DNA of 33,256 bases from a virus (lineage: Duplodnaviria > Caudoviricetes): positions 1 to 33,256 of IMG/VR virus record IMGVR_UViG_3300030095_003260; one strand, 5' to 3'. This document shows positions 16,939 to 23,631 of this stretch, in pieces. Numbering within the stretch: position 1 is the stretch's first letter; every line of letters begins with the position of its first letter. Both the position numbers and the translations under genes were made by a program. The notes under the pieces are model-generated. The model saw only the letters and a list, made by a program, of their open reading frames with translations, ran no database searches and had not been told where the DNA came from.

Positions 16939-16967
16939 ATTATAGCACAATGCTACTTACTTGTCAA
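16939..16967 (-). promoter_or_regulatory. Consensus sigma70 promoter with operator, driving the ncRNA candidate
   Basis: TTGACA-AGTAAGTAGCATTGTGC(17)-TATAAT. Confidence 0.9.
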
Positions 16968-17151
16968 CATTTAAATTAATAAATAATTTCTCAAATATCG
17001 GTTGTCCTTGTTCTTCAGTATACTCGGGTTCTTTATATTGTCGGTGTTCTCTATTAGTCCAACGAAGCCATTTAGCAAAATTCCAATCGTAGCTTTGAGT
17101 TTCGTCGTACTCAAAAACAAGGTCTTGTCCGCTATCTACTGTATCAGTCAT
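16957..17151 (-). CDS. Hypothetical protein
   Basis: 64 aa; GGAGG SD; stop/start coupling. Confidence 0.7.
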   Translation of the reverse strand: MTDTVDSGQDLVFEYDETQSYDWNFAKWLRWTNREHRQYKEPEYTEEQGQPIFEKLFINLNVDK

Positions 17152-17336
17152 TACACTACCTCCCGAAACACCGAGTTCTTGAAGTATATTATACCATCCA
17201 CATCATCTATCCTAGCTATGGGGTTTAGTTTCTGTTCTTCATCAGATAGTGTGCCTAACCTACACCAGTTGGTGTGTCTATATTTTCGTTTACATCTTTT
17301 ATCTATAATATCTTTGTGTATATCAACTACAATCAT
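17151..17336 (-). CDS. Hypothetical protein
   Basis: 61 aa; GAGGAGG SD; coupled. Confidence 0.65.
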   Translation of the reverse strand: MIVVDIHKDIIDKRCKRKYRHTNWCRLGTLSDEEQKLNPIARIDDVDGIIYFKNSVFREVV

Positions 17337-17466
17337 CTTCTACCTCCTCAATATCTATGTCATGTTTATCTAAATCATAGTACATAATTGTTCCGTCTCT
17401 TGCGTCGTCTTCATCATCTGCTTCAATGATAAATTCATTGTGAATTGTTATTTTAAATTTTGGCAT
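17323..17466 (-). CDS. 47-aa highly acidic protein (not in ORF track)
   Basis: MPKFKITIHNEFIIEADDEDDARDGTIMYYDLDKHDIDIEEVEDDCS; TAATG coupling. Confidence 0.7.
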   Translation of the reverse strand: MPKFKITIHNEFIIEADDEDDARDGTIMYYDLDKHDIDIEEVEDDCS

Positions 17467-17654
17467 TATTCTACTACTCCCCTATCTAGTATAGCTTTTA
17501 CTTCATCAGCAGTATAAAACGGCACACAAGTTTTGTTATCTAATAGAATTTCTAGTCCTCGTGCTTGAGTTATTTCGTTATCTGCTATAGCTTTGATAAT
17601 CACGTTCAGTTGAAACTCGCAACTATCAAAAAATCTACTATCTACTGTACTCAC
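17466..17654 (-). CDS. Hypothetical protein
   Basis: 62 aa; GTG start coupled to upstream stop. Confidence 0.6.
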   Translation of the reverse strand: MSTVDSRFFDSCEFQLNVIIKAIADNEITQARGLEILLDNKTCVPFYTADEVKAILDRGVVE

Positions 17655-17737
17655 TACAGTCCCGCAATACTAGTAAACGTATACAGACAAATACAAACTG
17701 TAATCGCTATCATCCATAAAACTAAAATGTTTTCCAT
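17654..17737 (-). CDS. 27-aa single-pass membrane peptide (not in ORF track)
   Basis: MENILVLWMIAITVCICLYTFTSIAGL; GAGGA SD; TAATG coupling. Confidence 0.55.
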   Translation of the reverse strand: MENILVLWMIAITVCICLYTFTSIAGL

Positions 17738-17898
17738 TACTCTTCCTCGCTTTCTAAATGGTCTTGCCATGCTTTATGTATTTCTTTTTTTAAATAAATA
17801 ATATCATTTTCATCATTGCAAATATCTACTAATACGTTTGCAATCCATTTGCTATAATCTTCGTCTAAATAGTATTCTACCATTTCTTTGTTTATCAT
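17737..17898 (-). CDS. 53-aa hypothetical protein (not in ORF track)
   Basis: MINKEMVEYYLDEDYSKW...QDHLESEEE; ATGA overlap with upstream gene. Confidence 0.65.
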   Translation of the reverse strand: MINKEMVEYYLDEDYSKWIANVLVDICNDENDIIYLKKEIHKAWQDHLESEEE

Positions 17899-18104
17899 TC
17901 TTCCTCGCTTTCTTGTTTTTCTTCTGCTTCTAATCTAACGTAATCACTATCACCTTCAGTAGCTAGTGTAATTATTACATTCTCGTCGGTATCGACATAG
18001 TATTCGTGAGGTAGGTAAGTTAGTCCATTCCGTACCCCACGAAATATTACTTTGTTTTCAAACCATGCGTTATCTAACAAGTTTTTTAGTTGGTCTACTA
18101 ACAT
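17895..18104 (-). CDS. Hypothetical protein
   Basis: 69 aa; TAATG coupling. Confidence 0.7.
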   Translation of the reverse strand: MLVDQLKNLLDNAWFENKVIFRGVRNGLTYLPHEYYVDTDENVIITLATEGDSDYVRLEAEEKQESEEE

Positions 18105-18490
18105 TATGCCACCACCTTCAACTCAATAGTTTCAGCAGATATGGTAAGAGTAATATCACTACCATTAGCTACACTAGCTAACATAGATGAAGACATTTCC
18201 ACAAACTCACCGAAGTCGTCGCCACTTACTAAATAACTATCTTCCCAAACATTTTCGTTAGTGCTAGGATCATAGCCCTCAGCATAAACAGTAAAACCTT
18301 CCGTGCTTGGAGTTTTACCCTTAGCTAGTGAAAAAGCATTCATTAAATAAATGCCGTCGTCTTTTACAAGATAGACACCTTTTTTAGAAGTCGTCTCGTT
18401 CGTATAAGGTAGCTTAAACTTTTTTGCTTTTAAAGTCTGTTGTGCTAACTTACGTAAGTTATCGTTGCTTTTAAATTTTAAAGTGTGCAT
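18104..18490 (-). CDS. DUF3085-like protein
   Basis: LVKDDGIYLM, YAEGYDP, W....GDDFGE motifs. Confidence 0.75.
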   Translation of the reverse strand: MHTLKFKSNDNLRKLAQQTLKAKKFKLPYTNETTSKKGVYLVKDDGIYLMNAFSLAKGKTPSTEGFTVYAEGYDPSTNENVWEDSYLVSGDDFGEFVEMSSSMLASVANGSDITLTISAETIELKVVA

Positions 18491-18520
18491 TGTTATTCCT
18501 TTCTATTTAATTAAGTTCTA

Positions 18521-18592
18521 ATTATAGCATTTATTAGCATACTGGTCAAACTAGATGTAGTAGGTCGGTTAAAATAAATCACTAAATGTAGT
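18521..18592 (-). promoter_or_regulatory. sigma70 promoter with abutting NrdR-box-like pair
   Basis: TTGACC-17-TATAAT (18521-18549); ACTAGATGTAGT at 18550 and ACTAAATGTAGT at 18581 (31 bp apart). Confidence 0.8.
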
Positions 18593-18593
18593 T

Positions 18594-18761
18594 TTATGGG
18601 TAATACACCATAACTAGTTCATCATCTGCCATAGCTTTTTCTAAATATATTACTGCACTACGAACGTTTTTGCTGACATCTTTCTCATGATGTTTATTAA
18701 CAAAATTACGTAGTATATTTATTGCCTCTGTTAATTGGTCTTCTGTTATGTAGTCTGCCAT
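18594..18761 (-). CDS. 55-aa hypothetical protein (not in ORF track)
   Basis: MADYITEDQLTEAINILRNFVNKHHEK...VMVYYP; AGAAAGAG SD-like. Confidence 0.65.
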   Translation of the reverse strand: MADYITEDQLTEAINILRNFVNKHHEKDVSKNVRSAVIYLEKAMADDELVMVYYP

Positions 18762-18867
18762 AATTATCTCTTTCTGTTTTACTCATAACACCCCAATTTA
18801 GGGGGTGCTATGGGTAGGCTTACTTTCTTTTCGTTAATCCTCGTGCTTCCTACGAAGACTTTTTTCT

Positions 18868-19176
18868 TTATTTGTCTTCTTCTTCTTGTATGGTCTCTGC
18901 TATATGGAAAAACAAATCCAAAGCAGGAGATTCTTCCCTCCATTCGTCAGGCTTTTGTTCTGGTGTTTTTTCTTCCTCATCTATTTCTTTTATCCAATCA
19001 TTATTATCTACTTGAACAACACGATATTCTGCCTGTTCGTAGGCTTCATCCATTTTTTTATCCAACCTGTCCTTCAATTGCTTTAAACAATATTCTTTAG
19101 TACCTTTTTTATCTTTACCAGTTGCCCAAGCCTTTACAAGTCCACTGGAGGTTTTTGCTACAAATGTATATTTCAT
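18868..19176 (-). CDS. Hypothetical early protein with acidic C-terminal half
   Basis: 102 aa; GAGGAG SD; promoter upstream. Confidence 0.75.
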   Translation of the reverse strand: MKYTFVAKTSSGLVKAWATGKDKKGTKEYCLKQLKDRLDKKMDEAYEQAEYRVVQVDNNDWIKEIDEEEKTPEQKPDEWREESPALDLFFHIAETIQEEEDK

Positions 19177-19213
19177 AATTTAGTCTCCTCGTTATTAGTT
19201 AATTACTGTATTT

Positions 19214-19315
19214 ATTAGATATGAATTTTTAACGAATGTCAATAGCATTATGCTATTTATTTTATTATTATGCTATTTAATTTACATTGACATCATTTAC
19301 CACATATAGTAGGTT
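19214..19315. promoter_or_regulatory. Divergent promoters (early island / terS) with operator between them
   Basis: Minus TTGACA-17-TCTAAT (19214-19242); TAGCATTATGCTA at 19243-19255; plus TTGACA-17-TAGGTT (19287-19315) overlapped by ACCACATATAGT. Confidence 0.65.
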
Positions 19316-19398
19316 GCTAGTTATGACACACAAGACAGTTTTTTCCCCTTACACTAGCTTACGAAATAAAATTTCAGCAGAATTATTTTTGTTGATGG

Positions 19399-19452
19399 GA
19401 AGCCACAAGCGACAAGCGAAAGGGACAAGCGCAAGCGAAAGGGACAAGCGAA
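19399..19452 (+). repeat. Cluster D: ACAAGCG repeats in the terS leader
   Basis: Copies at 19405, 19412, 19425, 19444 plus a variant at 19431. Confidence 0.85.
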
Positions 19453-19465
19453 ACAAGGAGGACTA

Positions 19466-19957
19466 ATGGGCGTACCAAGCAGACTTACAGAAAAACAAAT
19501 TATATTCATACAAGAACTTGTTTACAATGAAGGTGAAATTACGGCGACAGAGGCTGCAATTAAAGCAGGCTATCCCGAAGCTAGTGCTAGATCTAAAGCC
19601 TCAATGTTGCAAAACCCTAAGTATTACCCGTTGGTTGCTGAACGTATCAAACAGGAACGCCAAGAACTACAAAAGAAATATCAGATCACGGCTGACAAAC
19701 ATTTTAAAAAATTACAAGAGATACGAGACCGTGCTTTAGAGAACGGTTCTTATTCTGCCGCCGTCAACGCAGAAGTAGCAAGAGGCAAGGCAGGTGGTTT
19801 ATACATTGACCAAAAGATTATTAAACACGGTAAGTTGGATCAATTGACTGACCAAGAAGTAGATGAAAAAATCGCTGACTTGATGCGTGAAATGAAGATT
19901 ATTGACGTACAAGCAGAAGAGATACCAATACCAAAAGACAAAAAGAAAATTAATTAA
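19466..19957 (+). CDS. terS: Terminase small subunit
   Basis: LTEKQ..F...ATEAAIKAGY HTH N-terminus; AAVNAEVARGKAGGLY; AGGAGG SD. Confidence 0.85.
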   Translation: MGVPSRLTEKQIIFIQELVYNEGEITATEAAIKAGYPEASARSKASMLQNPKYYPLVAERIKQERQELQKKYQITADKHFKKLQEIRDRALENGSYSAAVNAEVARGKAGGLYIDQKIIKHGKLDQLTDQEVDEKIADLMREMKIIDVQAEEIPIPKDKKKIN

Positions 19958-20346
19958 GGTTTCTTAATATGTTTTTTCAAATAATCTAAAAACCAGTCGT
20001 TGTCTCTAAACACACCCATCAAATAATTTGTGATTTGATTAACCACTATTTCTTCGTTATCATCTTCTTTCAAGGCACCGTTGGCTTGGTTCAAGCCACT
20101 ACCATACACGCAGGCATGCAACACTTCATGCAATAAAGTATTAGCTTTTTCTTGGCCACCTAGTGAGTTTTGAATCTGTATCACACCTTCTCTAGATTTG
20201 TACTGACCAAAACAATCTGTCAATTCATCTAACTTAAAATCAGGAGCTATCCATTCAATATCAATATCTCGATACCCGACTTTAACTCCTGTAGGCTCGC
20301 CTTTTTCAGGTTCTACCACAGTTGGTTTTTTCTTTTTATTTATCAT
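19954..20346 (-). CDS. HExxH zinc metallopeptidase-like protein
   Basis: G.Y....I.I......NTLLHEVLHA...EE pattern. Confidence 0.7.
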   Translation of the reverse strand: MINKKKKPTVVEPEKGEPTGVKVGYRDIDIEWIAPDFKLDELTDCFGQYKSREGVIQIQNSLGGQEKANTLLHEVLHACVYGSGLNQANGALKEDDNEEIVVNQITNYLMGVFRDNDWFLDYLKKHIKKP

Positions 20347-20438
20347 AGCGTCTCTCCTTTATTTTAACATAATTTTCCTATAGGGAATATAGGGTATATA
20401 CGAGAATTTAATTTCTCTAACTTTAGTTTTGCAAACGT

Positions 20439-20610
20439 AAAATGTATACTGTTCAAAGTATACATTTTGGATACATTTTGGTATACATATTTTGTTAATA
20501 ATTCTTTATATTTCAACATTTTTTAAACATAATTTCCAATGTATCCCATGTATCCGTGTTTATTTTACAAAATATTTATTTTTTAATATTTATTATTTTA
20601 TACCTTATAT
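20439..20610. other. Candidate replication origin (repeats plus AT-rich tract)
   Basis: 12-bp inverted repeat 20439-20468; ATACATTTTGG x2; TGTATCC x2; very AT-rich 20559-20610. Confidence 0.45.
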
Positions 20611-20759
20611 AACATCGTCCCACGCCCGGCGCCCGTCGACCCTCTTACCACGCTCAAAGACCGCAGTTTACAAGGGTTTTTACCAAATTTCGACCGTCAA
20701 TATAGCCGTTTATTACCGCTTAATTATCGTCCAATGTATACCGGCAGTCGGTCGTTGGG

Positions 20760-20927
20760 CTATTGCTCGTGCTTTTTACGTAGCTTCTGATAAAACTCAC
20801 TGTCAACATCTACCCGATCTTCTTTAGGCCGCATTGGGCCACAATCTAGACACAAATCATAGTCATAGCAGTAGTCTAACGTAACAAAATCACGACAACC
20901 TACACATTTCATTCCTTGCTTTCTCAT
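20760..20927 (-). CDS. 55-aa zinc-ribbon protein (not in ORF track)
   Basis: MRKQGMKCVGCRDF...LCLDCGP...KKHEQ; two CxxC; TTGACA at 20957-20962 upstream. Confidence 0.6.
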   Translation of the reverse strand: MRKQGMKCVGCRDFVTLDYCYDYDLCLDCGPMRPKEDRVDVDSEFYQKLRKKHEQ

Positions 20928-21048
20928 AATTACTATATAATGCTATTTAAAACGTTTGTCAATTCTTTTACCATATAATTTTGACCATGCCCAACTGTGT
21001 ACCTTACCCGACCAAATATAAATCTTGTTCACTAGATACCGTAGCACA

Positions 21049-21264
21049 CTATACCTCTTGTGCATAACGGCTCTCACAATATAGTTCGAACGATTTTAAG
21101 CGCTCGCCGTAGTCTGTTAGATGTTGCTCTAACAACAACATTTTATTGTCGTGAATAAATTTGTGACAACTCCAATCGTCGTGAAATGTCTTCAGTTGGT
21201 ACTCACGCTCTAAGTTGTACTCGGTGCCATGAAACATTAATACTATAGTGATTACCCAATACAT
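21049..21264 (-). CDS. Hypothetical protein with hydrophobic N-terminus
   Basis: 71 aa; TAATG coupling. Confidence 0.65.
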   Translation of the reverse strand: MYWVITIVLMFHGTEYNLEREYQLKTFHDDWSCHKFIHDNKMLLLEQHLTDYGERLKSFELYCESRYAQEV

Positions 21265-21401
21265 TATCTGCCTTGGCCTCGATAGGGTTTGAAGCTACGC
21301 TTCTTGTGTTTGTTCATGGTGCTGAGTATCGGATTGCGACCAATCGACGTGCCCTTGTGCGTGTGCTCGTGACTGTTGCTAGCTTGATACTTTTTGACCA
21401 T
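21264..21401 (-). CDS. 45-aa basic conserved phage peptide (not in ORF track)
   Basis: ...KGTSIGRNPILSTMNKHKKRSFKPYRGQGR; coupled at both ends. Confidence 0.75.
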   Translation of the reverse strand: MVKKYQASNSHEHTHKGTSIGRNPILSTMNKHKKRSFKPYRGQGR

Positions 21402-21616
21402 TACAACTCCTGTATTACAATTATTAACCTATATTTTTCTTTTGCTCCGATAATAGTATTCGGCACCAAATCTATTTTACGTATGTCAAACGACGTATTG
21501 GGATTAGATCCAAAACCCATTGGCACTGCTAGCGACACGCGAGCGTTCGCGCCTTCGGGACTTTCACAAAATTTCTCCAATCTTGTCACCAATTCTTTAG
21601 TTGTCCACTTAACCAT
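21401..21616 (-). CDS. Hypothetical protein
   Basis: 71 aa; AGGAG SD; coupled. Confidence 0.7.
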   Translation of the reverse strand: MVKWTTKELVTRLEKFCESPEGANARVSLAVPMGFGSNPNTSFDIRKIDLVPNTIIGAKEKYRLIIVIQEL

Positions 21617-22316
21617 TCAACTCTCCTAAGTTATAATATTTTTCACAGCGTTTCAACCACTCGTATTTATAATCATCCAAGCGATTACCATTGATAGTAA
21701 ACATCTGCAAATTCATGCCACGCGAGGCCATTAAAATTACCCCTGCTTCTATCTTGGTGCCGTACAAAGCGTCGTGAGCCATGGCGTAAGCCGCCAATTG
21801 TAAATAATAATCTTGCACATAACGTTCTTCTTTGGGCTTGTTGGTTTGTTTAAAATCTATAATCGCAGGTTGGTCGCGCCATACTCCGACACAATCTGCG
21901 GTACCACCATAAAACGTGGGGTAGTACAAGGTTACTTCGGTGCCCCAATACTCATCCATAGATGGCAGGGCACTGCGTATAATAAGCTGTGCCATACGCT
22001 TGCCGATAACACCAATGTTGGTTTGATCGTCATAGCCAACGCCTTGAATATGACACTCAATAAACTTATGCATTGCCGTACCTACTGAAGCGGCTTGATT
22101 TTTTATAGCTTCAGCTTGTTCGGCACCGACGCGTTGTTTCCAACGTTCTAGTCCTGCTAAGTCTTCTTTCTTTTTGGTGTTCGATAGTATTGTGGTTACG
22201 GAGGGCAAGAACTTGCCTTCGCCCTCGTAATGCCTGCGCCCATTGACCGTCTTCCGACGCACTTCGTGGTACGGATATTTATCGATGAGCAGTGAAGTTT
22301 TATTTTGAATGGCCAT
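21609..22316 (-). CDS. PD-(D/E)xK exonuclease (RecB/lambda-exo/MGME1-like)
   Basis: PSVTTIL, GTAMH, E, GTAD, IIDFK, QLAAY motifs. Confidence 0.88.
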   Translation of the reverse strand: MAIQNKTSLLIDKYPYHEVRRKTVNGRRHYEGEGKFLPSVTTILSNTKKKEDLAGLERWKQRVGAEQAEAIKNQAASVGTAMHKFIECHIQGVGYDDQTNIGVIGKRMAQLIIRSALPSMDEYWGTEVTLYYPTFYGGTADCVGVWRDQPAIIDFKQTNKPKEERYVQDYYLQLAAYAMAHDALYGTKIEAGVILMASRGMNLQMFTINGNRLDDYKYEWLKRCEKYYNLGELNG

Positions 22317-22482
22317 TCAATTTTAGTGCTTTGGTTTTGTCACTTACTAAATGCTCTATTAGTTTAGCTAGTGATAACGTTGCACCAAATTCTTTTGACA
22401 TAGCTTTCTGTACTAGGGTCAAATCTTGGTACGCCTTTTTCGAAATTGAGACGGACGTGTAGCGACTGATGTCGGGCATCAT
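22300..22482 (-). CDS. Putative ribbon-helix-helix DNA-binding protein
   Basis: 60 aa; YTSVSIS strand followed by two amphipathic helices. Confidence 0.55.
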   Translation of the reverse strand: MMPDISRYTSVSISKKAYQDLTLVQKAMSKEFGATLSLAKLIEHLVSDKTKALKLNGHSK

Positions 22483-22508
22483 TTTACCTTTCTTGTTGTT
22501 TAGTTACT

Positions 22509-22697
22509 TTACGCTGTGTTTTCGTAACGTGGACCAATGGCTTGCGTTAACGAAACTTCTAATTCTTTAAGTCTATCGCGTAACTCTTGGTTCTGCTCAC
22601 GAAGAAATTTATTTTCATCGTGTAACCTTACCGTTGCATTGTCCATTACAGCAAATTGTAACGTTGTATTATCATCAAAAATCATGGAAACCTCCAC
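22509..22697 (-). CDS. Small coiled-coil protein
   Basis: 62 aa; heptad pattern; start may be the internal Met after GGAGG. Confidence 0.6.
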   Translation of the reverse strand: MEVSMIFDDNTTLQFAVMDNATVRLHDENKFLREQNQELRDRLKELEVSLTQAIGPRYENTA

Positions 22698-22715
22698 ATT
22701 TTATTATAATTTACG

Positions 22716-22765
22716 CTATTATATAGTAGAATACTATTGATTGTCAACTATATATAGTATATAAT
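22716..22765. promoter_or_regulatory. Divergent promoters overlapped by NrdR-box-like site(s)
   Basis: Plus TTGATT-17-TATAAT (22737-22765); minus TTGACA-18-TATAAT (22718-22747); ACTATATATAGT at 22747 with half-site 31 bp upstream. Confidence 0.7.
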
Positions 22766-22794
22766 CAATAAAAACACACAGAAAGAACAGAAAT

Positions 22795-23019
22795 ATGAAC
22801 GTTGTAGTACATTTTAATAAACGTAAAACTCAATTTAACTATAGTTATTTAGATTATCCGCATAAATTTACCAAAGCCAACATCAACGCGGCCGTAAATC
22901 ATTACCGCGAAATCATGAGTACAGCTAGGTTTGCGCGTTTAACTAGCGCACAACAAGAATCCGTGGTATGCTTGCGCAGAAAATGGGAAACTTTAAAGTA
23001 CGCTAGGGTATATAATTAA
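22795..23019 (+). CDS. Hypothetical protein
   Basis: 74 aa; promoter upstream; TAATG coupling. Confidence 0.65.
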   Translation: MNVVVHFNKRKTQFNYSYLDYPHKFTKANINAAVNHYREIMSTARFARLTSAQQESVVCLRRKWETLKYARVYN

Positions 23020-23333
23020 TGCGCGTGGAATTAAACAATCGTCGACCTTGTTATAAAGAAACTATTCGAGACAGCAACGGCACACCGTATTTACTAACGG
23101 TGTCTTTTGAAAAAGACACAGTAAAAGAAGTGTGGATCAACGGTGGTGGCAAGGCAGGCACTGAGCGTTTTGATATACTAACTGAATTAGGCCGACTAGT
23201 TTCTGTAGCCTTACAGAACGGCACTCCCATGGAAGACTTGCGTTCTTGTGCTACTTATCATACCGACGGCAGGCCTTCTACTATTGTTGGTGAGGTATTT
23301 AACAGTCTAGAGAAGTTTGATACTACTCCGTAG
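23019..23333 (+). CDS. Stand-alone class II RNR C-terminal (TSCPD/NrdJb-like) domain protein
   Basis: L.NRR, Y.LTV, EVWI.G.K.G, GRLVSVALQ.G.P..L, STIV pattern. Confidence 0.6.
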   Translation: MRVELNNRRPCYKETIRDSNGTPYLLTVSFEKDTVKEVWINGGGKAGTERFDILTELGRLVSVALQNGTPMEDLRSCATYHTDGRPSTIVGEVFNSLEKFDTTP

Positions 23334-23631
23334 TTTCGTCAGGGTCAAACTCAGGATCAAATTCAAAATCAAACTCTAAATCGCTTTCAAAACTAATGTC
23401 TTCTGTGACTTCGTTTTGAAGTTTTTCATCTACCGTAAACATAAAAGATATTTTATTACCCATAGCACGAGCAATACCGATAGGTATGTAAACTAGTTTG
23501 CCGTTTTTGTATTGTTTGAATTGTTGGTTGCATAAAGAACAGAAATAAACATCGTCTTTAATAGGTTTCATTTGCGTTAGATTACGACAATTTGAACACA
23601 CACTTACATTAATAATATTATCATCACTCAC
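23323..23631 (-). CDS. Zinc-ribbon protein with acidic/aromatic tail
   Basis: CSNC...CSLC; tail EDISFESDLEFDFEFDPEFDPDETTE. Confidence 0.65.
   Translation of the reverse strand: MSDDNIINVSVCSNCRNLTQMKPIKDDVYFCSLCNQQFKQYKNGKLVYIPIGIARAMGNKISFMFTVDEKLQNEVTEDISFESDLEFDFEFDPEFDPDETTE

Noticed and set aside
16741-17801. Plus-strand ORFs (77, 123, 78 aa)
   Set aside because: Antisense shadows of well-coupled minus-strand genes and the ncRNA candidate
17737-17898. Possible frameshifted pseudogene
   Set aside because: Re-reading shows an intact 54-codon frame (53 aa plus stop)
12420-19460. CRISPR or guide-RNA array
   Set aside because: No constant repeat with regularly sized unique spacers; no cas-like gene
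20492-20827. 111-aa plus-strand ORF
   Set aside because: TTG start in an AT-rich repeat region, atypical composition, overlaps a better minus-strand ORF
21609-22316. Cas4 call
   Set aside because: Lacks the four-Cys Fe-S motif and CRISPR context; ordinary phage exonuclease
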